NCBI GenBank assembly: GCA_951406725.2
Contig: OX597831.1
Location: forward strand, 66,836,001 to 66,900,000
DNA length: 64,000 nt
Direction: 5' to 3'
From: Octopus vulgaris
Lineage: Eukaryota
The position numbers were made by a program, and so were the translations under genes. Position 1 is the first letter of the stretch; each line of letters opens with the position of its first letter. Of this stretch, positions 12,102-25,470 are shown one piece after another. The notes beneath the pieces were generated by a model. It had not been told where the DNA came from and made no database searches. It was given only the letters and a program-made list of their open reading frames with translations.

Positions 12102-12380
12102 CAGTTCTGTATTTAAGAGATGAGGAATTATTTACATTTGACGGATATTTGTTCTCATCTTGTTTGTTGTTAACACAACGTTTTGGCTGATATACCCTCC
12201 AGCCTTCATATGGCATAGTGGTTAAGAGCGTAGGCTACTAACCCCAAGATTCCAAGTTCAATTCCTGGCAGTGACCTGAATAATAATAACAATATTGAAA
12301 AATACCTTAAGAATGAGAACCTAGGTTCAAAGTTTCCCCCAAGACACCTGATGAATGGTGGAGGGTATATCAGCTAAAAA
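12102..12380. mobile_element. tRNA-headed element carrying a minimal hammerhead motif, preceded by an inverted copy of its own 3' part
   Basis: Box A TGGCATAGTGG 12211, box B GTTCAATTCC 12256, gacacCTGATGA at 12343-12354; inverted copy 12209-12102 reads ATGAaggctg-gagggtatat-cagccAAAACGTTgtgtt. Confidence 0.65.
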
Positions 12381-12610
12381 GGCGGCGAGCTGGCAGAAAC
12401 GTTAGCACACTGGGCGAAATGCTTAGAGGTATTTCGTCTGCCGCTATGTTCTGAGTTCAAATTCTGCCGAGGTCGACTTTGCCTTTCATCCTGTCGGGGT
12501 CAATAAATTAAATACCAGTTACGCACTGGGGTCGATGTAATCAACTTAAATCGTTTGTCTGTCCTTGTTTGTCTCCTCTATGTTTAGCCCGTTGAGGGTA
12601 ATAAAGAAAC
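12379..12610 (+). mobile_element. SINE family B
   Basis: Matches 6732; truncates the hammerhead element. Confidence 0.88.
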
Positions 12611-13500
12611 ATATCTTCCTTGAGAGTTCAGTTCAAGTGTGTAAACATCCACAAGTTCGGGTTGAGTGCTACATTGGAAATATTCTGATTTTCTACCTGT
12701 TCAGGACCACAATGTGTGTATTAGGTCCAAGAATTCCAATACACTGCTTAATTCCAGATCTGAAAGTTTTAGCAGGTATAAATACATAGACAGGTTTCTT
12801 TTATCAAACCACCTGCCCAAGATTGAGTTGCTGTCTCGCAGACTTTGACATATTTTCTGTTATTTTGTTCCATACCAGCAGCATTAATTGTAGTTTCTGC
12901 AGTTAGGGAGGATGATGTCTTAGTTTTCTTTCTTCTTGTTTCATTTTTTGCATCAACCTTCTTCACGTTTTTCTTTTCATTTTTTTTCTATTATTTCTTC
13001 ACTGTCCAGCAGCCTTATTTAAAGTATATATAATGCATAAAGAAACCTGAAAGATTACTTGGAGATAAATGGGATATTTTATAAATATGCCTAATTAAAG
13101 TATCGTAGAAGCGTGAAACTATTACTAGCCCTTTTGGTTGTGTATTAAATTGATATCTACTTTTTACTGGATAGAGTGTTTGTTTTGTTAATTCAACTAT
13201 TTTGGATCTATCTATATATATATATATATATCTATGTATTATGTATATAAGTATATCTATGTTTGTGTGTATATATAGGGTGGTTGCTAGAAAAATGGAA
13301 AATTCATTTAATGCCATTTTATATTTTCACAAGATTTATTTGATAACAAAGTTTGTTATCATATTAGCACTCAGAAATGTTCAAACTATCCAATAACAGA
13401 AACAACAAATCAGAAACCACCTATCAGAGTTTTTTGATGATACTTGTTAGTTTTGCCTTCATTTTCTGCTTTTCTAGCAACCACCCTCAATATATATATA

Positions 13501-13884
13501 TACTCTTTACTTGTTTTAGTCATTTGACTGCGGCCATGCTGGAGCACCGCCTTTAGTCGAGCAAATCGACCCCAGGACTTATTCTATCGGTCTCTTTTGC
13601 CGAAACGCTAAGTGACGGGAATGTAAACACACCAGCATCGGTTGTCAAGCAATGCTAGGGGGACAAACACAGACACACAAACATACACGCACACACATAT
13701 ATATATACATACATATATACGACGGGCTTCTTTCAGTTTCCGTCTACCAAATCCACTCACAAGGCTTTGGTTGGCCCGAGGCTATAGTAGAAGACACTTG
13801 CCCAAGGTGCCACGCAGTGGGACTGAACCCGGAACCATGTGGTTGGTAAGCAAGCTACTTACCACACAGCCAGTCCTGCGCCTA
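13501..13884 (-). mobile_element. SINE family A
   Basis: Reverse-complement match. Confidence 0.9.
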
Positions 13885-13915
13885 TATATACTTTATTTAA
13901 AAGCAGCAGAAATGT

Positions 13916-13968
13916 AACAAAAACTGTTACTCAGAGTTTTGCATTCCCGTTCGTCGGACAGTTTTGTT
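13916..13968 (-). ncRNA. Degenerate minimal type-I hammerhead ribozyme motif (Penelope pLTR type)
   Basis: aaaactgt-CCGACGA-acgggaatgc-AAAA-ctctgaGTA-acagtttt: stem I and stem III (ACTC/GAGT) present, G12 is A. Confidence 0.55.
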
Positions 13969-14419
13969 AAAATAGAACAGAAATAACAATTTGATCAAAA
14001 CTAGTTAAAGGATACACCTTTAAAAATGGATTTGTTTCATTGGTCCTTTCAAATAATGGTCTTAAGCATGTGATAAACAAACAAAATAAATGAATTCAAT
14101 ATAAATTGTATATTATAAAAATCGAGGAAAAACCTTAAATCGAAGAGCAGATTCAAAATACATATTGTCATTAATTATATATGAAATATAATTCGATTAA
14201 TACAATTAATAAATTAAAAATTAAAATATTTCACAACAGAATATACGCATATTAAACCATCAATGTACATATATACATCAAAATACAGATAGCTGTACAC
14301 AGACCACATACATATGCAGACATATATATGCAAGACATAAATATACACACAAATACACATATACATATGTATACGCTCAAGTTAAAACAAACATTATTAA
14401 AGAGATTTTAACTGTAATT

Positions 14420-15030
14420 GAAGTATTCATTGGAGACAATAAAAAATATAACATTTTTTCTAGTAATAATTTTGGAGTTGGTTATTCTACTACTAATAAT
14501 GTTGGTAACGTTATTTCTTTTAATGAATTTAAGCTCAGTTTTACAAAAACAAATCAAATAATTATTCCAATAATAATAATAAAGACCAGAATATAATTAA
14601 TTGTACATGTAGGGATAAAACTAAATGTAATTTTGATGATGTAGTATATAAATGTGTAGTGACTTTGATTGATGACAATAATAGGAATGGTTATAATTTA
14701 AATGCCATTTACATAGGGTCGACTTCAAATAATATTAAATTACGGGTGGCTCAACACATTAATTCTTTTAAGAATAGAAATCTAATTAATTCTACTGGCC
14801 TTAGTAAATATATATGGGAACTAAAATCTAAAAATATTAAGTACAATTTAAATTGGGAGATAGTTTGTAAGGCAAAATCATATCGAATAGGTAGTAATTT
14901 TTGTTTATTATGTACTAACGTATTTAAGGAGATATTATTAACTAATAATAAAAAATTCATTAATTCCCTAGACAAATGAAAAATTAAATGTAGACATAAA
15001 TTGAATTACTTATATAATAAGTTTAGCTAA
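14420..15030 (+). mobile_element. Penelope-like retroelement remnant (GIY-YIG endonuclease)
   Basis: CTCRDKTKC..VVYKCVV..YIGSTSNNIKLRVAQHINSF..TGLSKYIWELK..NLNWEI..CLLC..KCRH. Confidence 0.85.
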
Positions 15031-16813
15031 TTTGTGTATATATATAAACCCTGTTTTATGCTACTAATTGTTGTAATTATAATTTGTAGTAGTAAAATGT
15101 GTATAAATTAGCACAAGATTATATTGACTATATTACAGGTTGACTATAATAGGTTGAAAATTAGATGTTTATAAAATAAATAAATTAATTAGTGAAAATA
15201 GATTAAATTATAAAATTTTAGCTTAATTTATGTTTATTATATTATATATTTTACGTATTTAGTATTTAAATTATTTAGACTTTACAATTTTTCCAGTAAA
15301 TGGTATATTAAAGTTAATTTTTATCCCTTATTCCCACAGCTAAAATACATTTGTAATTTTAATAGCTTAAATACATATTTCTATCTATTTCTTCTATAAA
15401 TTTTATTAACGCCATATTTTCATGCAATATATTTCTTATAACTGCTAAGTTCTTTAAATTTTTAGTTAACAAAAATCCTTCGATAAGATAAGTTATATTT
15501 TTATTTTAAGAAATATTGTTAAATGCTTTTCGATTATTTATAGTTAATACACATATTTTTTTATATATTTATTTGATAATTAATATAAGTTTAGATGAGT
15601 ACATTTATTATATTATTATTTTTTCTATCTATTTATTATTTTAGACCTGATGAGTGACTATATTTTTAAATAGAATGAATTTTAGATTGATTAATAATCA
15701 GCACTTGTTTGTGCAGCTGTTCTCATCCATATGCATCACAGGACCATACCAACACAGTCTTCTCTGTTGCACACTACATCTGATGCCTCTTATGCCCAAG
15801 TTTTCTCTCAACACATTTAAGTGTAACAGAAAAACAAAATACTTGAGAGAACCAAGTGATCTCTATGCTGGTGTTTAACACACTCATCTCTATACATAAG
15901 CATGTATTTATACACTATATACTCACGTATGTATGCACTAACACTGAATTTTTTATTAAATACATTAATCAAAAAGTAGTGCCTGGTGAAATCAATGCAG
16001 TTAATGTTCAGTTTGAACAAAAATGTGGGCATAGAGAAAATTTCAGAGTGTCACAATTCTAGAGTAGTATTGGTTTGGTTAAGAAGATTGACACTTTTCA
16101 CCAGTAATATTTTGTTTATAAGATGGAAGAAAGAAAAATTAACAAGACACAACTACAATTAAAAGGTCTGACAGATTTTATTGCTTGGACTATATGCAGT
16201 AAAAGTAAACCAGAATACCCTACTTTCAATGCTTTATATATAGATGTAAACACACATCCACCCAATAACCACACACACAAAGTTAAAATAGGTTATGAGT
16301 TCAAAGCTTGGTACAGCTACTATACTGTATCTCTGACAAGCAAGACATTGTTCTGTCTCACCTCAATCTCACATAGCCAAATATTAGAGGTCACTTGCTT
16401 GTAGGAGAAAACCAAACATTCAGCTGTGAAGGCACATACTCCAATGATTCAAATGTAAATATAAACATTCTGAGAAATATTCCTACAAATGATAACAAAG
16501 AAAAATGAATGCAAAACAGTAAGAAAATAGATGTGTGTCTATTAATATATTTTGTGTTGATTTGTTATGTATATGAATGGAAAAAGTTTCCATAAATATG
16601 GAAAGGTGCTTAGCACAAGGCCTAAACAAAGAGACATGCACACTATGTAATACTAGGGAATAGGTCTCCAAAGGTTCTGGTTCTGGAAGATATACTAGTG
16701 ATTGCTAAACTGAGAAAGTTCCAAGATATAGTAGATGATTTATTATAGAGTCCTGTACTTCAGCTATGTTCAATGCAAGAAGAATAGCCCAGTAGGAGTT
16801 ATGTTTTTGTATC

Positions 16814-16846
<33 letters not shown>

Positions 16847-17441
16847 ACTTTGGTGATAATGGGATAAAGGGAGGATTCCAATGTCTAAAGGTAAAGTGAG
16901 TGTGGAAGTAAAAGGCAATACAATTGGAGACTGCTCGTGTATATGAAAAGTAGCGATTAAGTGAGCAGCCCTACATGAGTATTACTTTAAAAAGCAGTTT
17001 GAATGATCGGTCATTCCCATTTTTATATTATATACATAATTTTCTATAAAAACATTATCCAATGTATCCATTATTTTATTACAATAGTGTGTGAATTTAG
17101 AAAGATTTGGCTGCTGTTTTAACAGTCAAGTGCCAATAAAGAGCTATGTATGTGTGTGCATAAGAGTGTGTGTATCATGTATTGGTGACATGCTAAGGCC
17201 AAGTCACTCAATTATAGCTACTTTTTTTTACAAAAGTTAAAACAAAATGCATCATATCAAATAGTTGTGTGAAATAAATTCTAAACAGAGTAGACAAAAT
17301 AATTAAAATGCCAATCATTTTTGCAAAAGATAAAAATCCATAGCTACAGTGTTTAACTCTTCTTTCTGTTAAGTTCTCACACTCTATATAATGATAAAGG
17401 CAAGACTTGATAATAACATAACCACACCCAGGTTAGCAAAC

Positions 17442-17660
17442 CTATTTCTTTACTACCCACAAGGGGCTAAACACAGAGAGGACAAACAAGGACAGACAAA
17501 CGGATTAAGTCGATTATATCGACCCCAGTGTGTAACTGGTACTTATTTAATCGACCCCGAAAGGATAAAAGGCAAAGCTGACCTCGGTGAAATTTGAACG
17601 TAACGGCAGACGAAATACTGTTAAGCACTTTGCCCGGTGTGCTACCGATTTTGCCAGCTC
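17442..17660 (-). mobile_element. SINE family B
   Basis: Reverse-complement match. Confidence 0.85.
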
Positions 17661-18536
17661 TGCTCAGGATAGCAAACCAACGTATCTCTGATGTTTTTTC
17701 TATAAAAAAATTGGTATATTTTCCCTAAATTCTTGTTAACTGAGGTAATATAGAACTATGTATCCTTCCTGGAAACAAAAAGTAATAATACACAACAACT
17801 GCAGCTGATTTTAAATCAGAAATTCTAAATTTTCAGTTCAATACTTAACATTTTCAATAGATACTGGATAAATGTGTGTGTGACAGAAAATATATGTACA
17901 GCTACCAAGGTGTATAGATGTTTGTGTCACTGGATATGTATGTATATCATATGTAGATGAGGTAACCTCTAGGTAGAATCTGTTTCAGAGTTTATATAAC
18001 AAAGCAAGTCAGGCTGGATAATAAAATATCATTTCATCTATACACATGCACACGCTGCTATAACCATAACCAAATATTTTCTTGGTGGTACCGTTGCTGT
18101 TGTATGAAGTCCAGAGCAGTGATTGTAATTTTAGGTTTGTCAGATAGATTAGGTATATTGTATGCAAAAAAAAAAAAAATGAAGATGGTTAGATAAATAA
18201 TGGTGGACAATAAGAAAAGAACCCAACAGTCATAAATATTGATGAAATAAAATGGGAAATGATTGAAAGAGTTAGAAAGGATGAGGAGAAAGAGAAATGA
18301 AAAAGACAAAAAGATAAGGAAGTTAAAAGAAAAAGATGGAAAGAACAACAGAGTAAAAGAAAGGCAGGAAAAGAGTATAGGTGAATGCACTTGGGCAATA
18401 AATCAAGGAACGTGGGTTCAAATACCACATGACTGTTTTGTTATTCTTTTTCTTTTCTTCAACTTTGTGTTCTTGTTGAACACATAGACACACTCGCAAC
18501 TGCGCAGTAGAGGACAAGAGCATTTGCAGTGTCTGC

Positions 18537-18694
18537 CTAGCTGCGCAGAGCTTCTAACCGAGCTCGCATTTCGTCTTCCTCTTCATCATCTTCTTCTTCC
18601 TCCAGCGCAATCGATGCTGTAGCTGCTGTGGCACCAGCGACATCAGTTGACGGCAAAGAATCTTTGACAGCGGAAGGCATTTTGCCAAGTTCTC
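18537..18694 (-). CDS. CHMP3: Charged multivesicular body protein 3 (ESCRT-III, VPS24), terminal coding exon
   Basis: tttcag acceptor; (G)ELGKMPSAVKDSLP...EEEEDDEEEDEMRARLEALRS* with C-terminal MIM1-type motif; TAG at 18539-18537. Confidence 0.95.
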
Positions 18695-18805
18695 CTGAAA
18701 CAAAGAGACACAAATCAGAAGTGGAGCGTGTACATAAAAAAAATAGACTCGAATAAGGAATAAAATAGTGCGACCAATAGTCTCTCATATGCACACAGAC
18801 ACACA

Positions 18806-19182
18806 CTCTTTTACTTGTTTCAGTCATTTTGACTGCGGCCATGCTGGAGCACCGCCTGTAATCGAGCAACTTGACCCCGGGACTTATTCTTTTGTAAGCC
18901 CAGTACTTATTCTATCGGTCTCTTTTGCCGAACCGCTAAGTAACAGGGACATAAGCACACCAGCATCGGTTGTCAAGCAATGCTAGGGGGACAAACACAG
19001 ACACACAAACACGCACACATACATACGACGGGCTTCTTTCAGTTTCTGTCTACCAGATCCTCTCACAAGGCTTTGGTCGGCCCGAGGCTATAGTAGAAGA
19101 CACTTGCCCAAGGTGCCACGCAGTGGGACTGAACCCAGAACCATGTGGTTGGTAAACAAGCTACTTACCACACAGCCACTCC
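18806..19182 (-). mobile_element. SINE family A
   Basis: Reverse-complement match. Confidence 0.9.
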
Positions 19183-19345
19183 ATCTAAAATTCTTAGATA
19201 ATTAGAAAAGTTCTAGTTAATGAGTTAATTAGAGAATTAAGCAGTGTTAGAAGCACAGCTAGAACTCAATGGTATACTGCAACTAGAATTTGCATATATG
19301 TTCTATTTCACTTTATTTACAGGCAACATGCTGTCTGTATATATA

Positions 19346-19963
19346 TTTCTTTACTACCCACAAGGGGCTAAACACAGAGGGGACAAACAAGGACAGACAA
19401 AGGGATTAAGTCTATTATATCGACCCCAGTGCGTAACTGGTACTTAATTTATCGACCTCGAAAGGATGAAAGGCAAAGTCGACCTCGGCGGAATTTGAAC
19501 TCGGAACGTAACGACAGACGAAATACGGCTACGCATTTCGCCCGGCGTGCTAATGTTTCTGCTAGCTCGCCACCTTATATGTTGTCTGTATATAGGTTTA
19601 AGTACTGGCCTCATTGGTTTTGGAGAGTTTATGAAATATTGAATCAAATACAAATATTTTCAAACTGTTAAAACAACTTTTCTATAATTTTTTAAAAACA
19701 CATTTCAAATGATTTAGTATTCATCAAATGCCAATTTCTTTACTGCCCACAAGGGGCTACACACAGAGGGGACAAACAAGGACAGACAAACGGATTAAGT
19801 TGACTATATCGACCCCAGTGCGTAACTGGTACTTATTTAATCGACCCCGAAAGGATGAAAGGCAAAGTCGACCTCGGCGGAATTTGAACTCAGAACGTAG
19901 CGGCAGACGAAATACCGCTAAGCATTTCGCCCAGCGTACTAACGATTCTGCCAGCTCGCCGCC
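19346..19963 (-). mobile_element. Two SINE family B copies (19346-19575, 19734-19963)
   Basis: Reverse-complement matches; the second is flanked by TSD gtattcatcaaatgcca. Confidence 0.88.
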
Positions 19964-20151
19964 GTATTCATCAAATGCCATATATGTAGATAGGCTGCAA
20001 TTAACCTTTACAAACATTTAAAATTCTAAAGGATTCCAATCAGAAAAAATGAAGTTAACAGAATAAACAATTTTACTCGCAATAACAAATTCATCTAAAA
20101 AATGGGATAGGGACAAATCACAAACATAATTACTTTTTTAAACATTTACAA

Positions 20152-20672
20152 TAGGCGCAGTGTGACTGTGTGGTAAGAAGCTTGCTTCTCAACCACATGG
20201 TTCTGGGTTCAGTTTCAGTGTGGCACCTTGGGCAAGTGTCTTTTACGGTAGCCTCGGGCTGACCAAAGCCTTGTGAGTGGATTTGGTAGACAGAAACTGA
20301 AAGAAGCCTGTCGTATAATATATATATATGTACATATTTGGCATTAGGAAGGGCATCCAGCTGTAGAAACTCTGCCAGATCAGATTGGAGCCTGGTGCAG
20401 CCTTCTGGCTTGTCAGCCCTCAGTCAAACCGTCCAACCCTTGCCAGCATAGAAAGCGGATGTTAAACGATGATGATGATGATGATTTGTGTGTGTCTGCT
20501 TACCCCTCACCATCACTTGACAACTGATGTTAGTGTGTTTACATCCCTGTAACTTAGCAGTTCAGCAAAAGGGACCAATAGAATAAGTACTAGGCTTACA
20601 AAGAATAAGTCTTGGGGTCGATTTGTTCAACTAAAGGTGGTGCTCCAGCATGGTTGCAGTCAAATGACTAAA
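20152..20672 (+). mobile_element. SINE family A with nested family D fragment (20338-20484)
   Basis: A (gat)n-tailed fragment is inserted in the internal microsatellite. Confidence 0.85.
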
Positions 20673-21059
20673 TTAATAACTGATGTGATGAACTTTTGAA
20701 AAAGTCACAAGAATTTAATCAGCTTCCCTCTTGTGTCTTGGGTATGTTTTTCTATCTGGGAAACAAGTTTTCTACAGAATGTATCCATGTGAGTGGAGAG
20801 AGCTTTCGTCACTAGCCTATGGTTGACTCATACTGAGGATGGATAACCACCCAGAAACCTAGGTCTGTGAGTATCATGTAAGACTAGAGATGGGAGCGAT
20901 GACATCCCTTGCAAATGCTATACATATACAGACTGTGTATCGATGGCCAGCTGTTACTGTTACTGTATATCTCTTGCTCAGAGATTTAAAACAAGTTGTT
21001 TTTGTCTGCATCCATCATTATTTGCTGAAAAAGTCACTGTAAAAATTTTTTCACTTTAC

Positions 21060-21174
21060 CTGCAGTTAATTCATAAAGAATTTTATCAACTTCATTCTGA
21101 GATTCGTCTTCAAGTTCATCAGCATCTTCCAGCCCTTCAAATGTATCTTCCAACATTTCTTCAATAATTCCTGC
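21060..21174 (-). CDS. CHMP3: CHMP3 exon (115 nt)
   Basis: AG/GT flanks; AGIIEEMLEDTFEGLEDADELEDESQNEVDKILYELTA(G). Confidence 0.96.
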
Positions 21175-22142
21175 CTGTAAAATGATAACAATAACACAGT
21201 CATAATGTTCCACCTAAGAGCAGTATGTATTAGTTTTTAGTTTGCTTCTCTGGCAGTTGTAAAAACACCTGTACTAACAATGATATACAAAAATTATAAT
21301 TTTCATACTGGAAAAACAAAATATAAACTACAAACATGATTGCAAGAACATTTGTAATAAATGAAAGCAGGTAAATTCTACAGTTGAGTTGCTATTTCTA
21401 AACAGTAGTCATATGACATATAATAATAATAAAACATTGTGTACAGTGCTCAGGTGCACTACAACTCATCAAAAGTGTATATATAATCAGGTGTAGTTTC
21501 GGTGGATTTCGGAAAGCATGAAGGCCTTAAAGGATGCAGTGTCATGGCAGTCAACAACTGACGCAGGCAGTTTGTTTCATGCTTCAGCAACTCTGAGCGT
21601 GAAAAAATGTTTCCAAAAGTCATGGGAGCTGTGTTGTTTTCTGACTTTGTAGGCATGTCCACGTGTGTTAGACACATGGAGATGAACTTGGTATAATTAG
21701 AATCTTATTTCTACTTTAGAGGATATTATCAGAAGTGTGCTATTATCCTAGTCACATTACTAAAAACTTTATGAAATAGTGTATTTTTTCAGTTAATACC
21801 CACACATCAGTTAATACCGTCATGCATACTATTATGCAATAGTATAGATTCTTTTGTGCAAAGCTGCTTCTATATACTGAAATACAAGAGAGCTCAATGC
21901 TTTGCCGTTGTTGTAGATCAAACCTGATAGAGCTGACTTATAGCAGGTTAATTGGTATGATCTAGAGTTCCAACACTTCATCTGATTTTGTAATAGGTTA
22001 GAGTATGGATGAAGTGTAAAATTCAAAGCATGTCATGTTGTTTAGTCTTGTGTGCTGGTTGATGGTCAAAGAGTAAGAAGAAAGGTCTTAGTCAAAATGT
22101 GTTAGTTCCAGTTCCTTAGTATTTGTCTATGTTTTTTTTTTT

Positions 22143-22449
22143 GTTGTTTGTTCCTTCTCGAGCCATGCCTGGCTCATAAGGGCTGGTTTCCCGGTTTCCT
22201 TGGCGTATAGGTTCCCCACCTGGATGGGATGCCGGTCCATCGCAGGTGAGCTGCAAGATGCACGAGGAAAGAGTGAGAGAAAGTTGTGGCGAAAGAGTCA
22301 ACAGAAGTTTCGCCATTACCTTCTACCGGAACCACATGGAGCTTAGGTGTTTCGCTCATAAACACACACATCGTCCGGTCCAAGATTCGAACCCGCTATC
22401 CCTTGACCGCGAGTCCGCTGCTCTAACCACTAGGCCATGTGCCTCCACA
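22143..22449 (-). mobile_element. SINE family C2
   Basis: Full reverse-complement match to 11176; TSD agtatttgtcta. Confidence 0.88.
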
Positions 22450-22867
22450 GTATTTGTCTATAGTAGTGTGCATCCCAGTAGAGGGATTGAGTGAATGTTA
22501 TGGATGCTAATGCTATTTTTGAGTGCATATGATTTTTTAATAATTTTCTTGGCTGAATGGGAAAAGATAGTGTTTTGAAGTTTTATAATTATGCTTGGTG
22601 TTTGGCAGAAGAGTGACCATGTAGTAGCAGAATGTAATTTACTGCAGTAAAAGCTGTGCTCATGCATATCCAGGTAGGTTCTTCCCTTTTGAGTTTCTAT
22701 GTTTTACAGTATAGATAGCTAATGAGCAAGATCTATTTTGCAGCCTTTGATCAGGTGAAGTGCACCATTTTTTTAATGCAATTTTTGTATAACAGTTGTT
22801 GTTCTTAGTCTTGAGCAAACTTATGTTTGTTTACTTTTTTTTATTTAATTCTATCCCCTAATATAGT

Positions 22868-23262
22868 TGTGATATCTGTGCCGGTGGCACATAAAAAGCA
22901 CCATCCGAATATGGCCGATGCCAGCGCCGCCTTGACTGGCTTCTGTGCCGGTGGCACATAAAAAGCACCATCCGAATATGGCCGATGCCAGCGCCACCTT
23001 GACTGGCTTCTGTGCCGGTGGCATGTAAAAAGCACCAACTGATCGTGGCTGCTGCCAGTCTCCCCTGGCACCTGTGCCGGTGGCACGTAAAAAGCACCCA
23101 CTACACTCACGGAGTGGTTGGTGTTAGGAAGGACATCCAGCTGTAGAAAAACTGCCAGATCAAGATTGGAGCCTGGTGCAGCCTTCTGGCTTCCCAGACC
23201 CCGGTTGAACTGTCCAACCTGTGCTAGCACGGAAAATGGACGTTAAACGATGATGATGATGA
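22868..23262 (+). mobile_element. Family D short retroelement with (gat)n tail and internal ~60-bp tandem repeats
   Basis: ctgtgccggtggcacataaaaagcacc unit repeated; ends gacgttaaacgatgatgatg. Confidence 0.8.
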
Positions 23263-23534
23263 ATGTGATGTGGATGTTGAAGTTTCTGAGTGTTTGATAC
23301 AGGTTGAAGCTGTGTCCGGTGAAGACAGGATTGTGTAATTGGAATGCTATAACAATTACATATGCAAAGGATGCTGGCATGTGGCAGTGGACTACATTGT
23401 TGTCGTTGTATATCTACAAGTCAGCTCAAACTGAGCACACTGATGACATGTAAGGAGGCAGCCTAATGACTAGGTGTAACTTACAAATAGTACATGAGTG
23501 TCACTGCTAATAAATAATGATGGTGGCAGTGGTA

Positions 23535-23758
23535 GCTGGCAGAAACGTTAGCACGCCGGGCGAAATGCTTAGCCGTATTTCGTCTGTCGTTACGTTGTGA
23601 GTTCAAATTCCGCCGAGGTCAACTTTGCCTTTCATCCTTTCAGGGTCGATTAAATAAGTACCAGTTACGCACTGGGGTCGATGTAATCGACTTAATACCT
23701 ATGTCTGTCCTTGTTTGTCCCCTCTATGTTTAGCCCCTTGTGGGTAATAAAGAAATAG
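23535..23758 (+). mobile_element. SINE family B
   Basis: Matches 6732. Confidence 0.88.
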
Positions 23759-23812
23759 GTATATATCTACATGCATCTTGTAATACACTGACTAATAATC
23801 AAGCAAGCTAAC

Positions 23813-23934
23813 CTTCATCATTTCTTTAGACATCTCCATCATAGTAGAATTAATTTCAGGAATTTTAATCAGAGAATGCATTGCTTTCATCACATCAACA
23901 CTTTTCTCCAAAGCACCAGCCATGCGTAACTTAG
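23813..23934 (-). CDS. CHMP3: CHMP3 exon (122 nt)
   Basis: AG/GT flanks; (A)KLRMAGALEKSVDVMKAMHSLIKIPEINSTMMEMSKEMMK. Confidence 0.96.
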
Positions 23935-24714
23935 CTACAGATAAAGAAAACGGTAAAGTGGGATAGAAAGTTCATGGAAAGAAAAACTGATTAGATATAT
24001 CAAATTATTGCAAAACTTTTCTTGAAATTATAAACTACTGTAGACAGAACATGTAATGAATTATTATCAACATCCAGCATCGTTACCACAACTGTCATCA
24101 ACTTTAATAGTCCTGGATTACTAAAGTATTAACATTTTAAACTTTTATTACTTCTGTATCAATAATAACAGCGGGGCACACCCTGAACACTTTTGATCAT
24201 AAGTCTACTCAATCAGGATTCCCTGGGGGTAAACAGGGACAACACAGTCCTTAACATGCAAAATCTAGCAGGTAAATCTCTTCAAATCCTGTCATAGAAT
24301 GTGATTTTTAAGGAGTTTGGTAACTATTTCTAGCATGTTAAGTAAATGAGGACCCCTTATTGCTTTGTCTTTGTAGGTGGCGCAGTTGGTAAAGATAAGC
24401 AGGGTATGTTTTATACCACCAGAATGATTATAATGCTTGGGCATTTAAAGAGCAAAGTTAAAGGCTGCTGCATTATCAGAACCATTCCAGAAGGTTATTA
24501 AATCATAGACAATAGAGTGAAGTTTGAGAGCTAACATACTGAGGATTCCTTGTGTTCAGGTGTTCACTTTGCCTGCTCTCAACATGGTTACCATTGAAAT
24601 TAAAGAGCCTCCAAGTGGACAACAGACCGGCTAAAAATTAGCAAACAGATTTACTCCATATCATACCCGACATCTCAAAATGGACCCATTGGATAATATC
24701 ATTCTAAATATATA

Positions 24715-25040
24715 GGAGCACTCCATCGGTTACAACGACAAGGGTCCCAGCTGATACAATCAACGGAACAGCTTGCTCGTGGAATTAGCGTGCAAGTGGC
24801 TGAGCAATCCACAGACACGAGTACCCTTAACGTAGTTCTCAGGGAGATTCAGCGTGACACAGAGTGTGACAAGGCCGGCCCTTTGAAATACAGGTACAAC
24901 TCATTTTTGCCAGCTGAGTGGACTGGAGCAATGTGAAATAAAGTGTCTTGCTCAAGGACACAACGCATCGCCGGGAATCGAACTCACAACCTAACAATCG
25001 TCAGTCGAATGCCCTAACCACTAAGCCACGCGCCTTCACC
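24715..25040 (-). mobile_element. tRNA-derived SINE (different head, same 3' tail as family C1)
   Basis: Minus-strand head ggtgaaggcgcgtggcttagtggttagggc..gttcgattccc; 3' half matches 9870-10045. Confidence 0.8.
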
Positions 25041-25253
25041 ATTCTAGATATATGATAAGACTAAATAGTTATAGCTGGAACATCTTTAATGATAGGTTGC
25101 TCACACAGGCTAAACAACAAACATACAGAAATAGACCAAACAGTGAAAAGAACACATGTCAAAACAAAATGTGTTGGAAAGTCTTAAACTAATTGGTTAA
25201 ATGTCTAAACCAGAACTATGGATCAAACCTGGTGGTTATCTTTCAAATTTCAT

Positions 25254-25470
25254 TTAACCCTTTAGTGTTTAAACCGGCCACATCCGGCCCAAATATTCTA
25301 CATGTTTTATATTTGAACTAGCCATATCTAGCCTCTCACACTTAACCTACATTGGCATTCTAAAAATGAATATTCACATCATTGATATTTCAAAGCTATG
25401 AGATAATGTATGATTAATTCAAAACAATTTGAGTGAAAAAGTATTACATTTAACTGAATAATCTGAACAA
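25254..25470. mobile_element. MITE family 2 (partial)
   Basis: ttaaccctttagtgtttaaaccggcc, as at 9625 and 47996. Confidence 0.7.

Noticed and set aside
15950-15958. CHMP3 polyadenylation signal implying a ~2.6-kb 3' UTR
   Set aside because: AATAAA is common in this AT-rich DNA; it cannot be singled out without transcript data.
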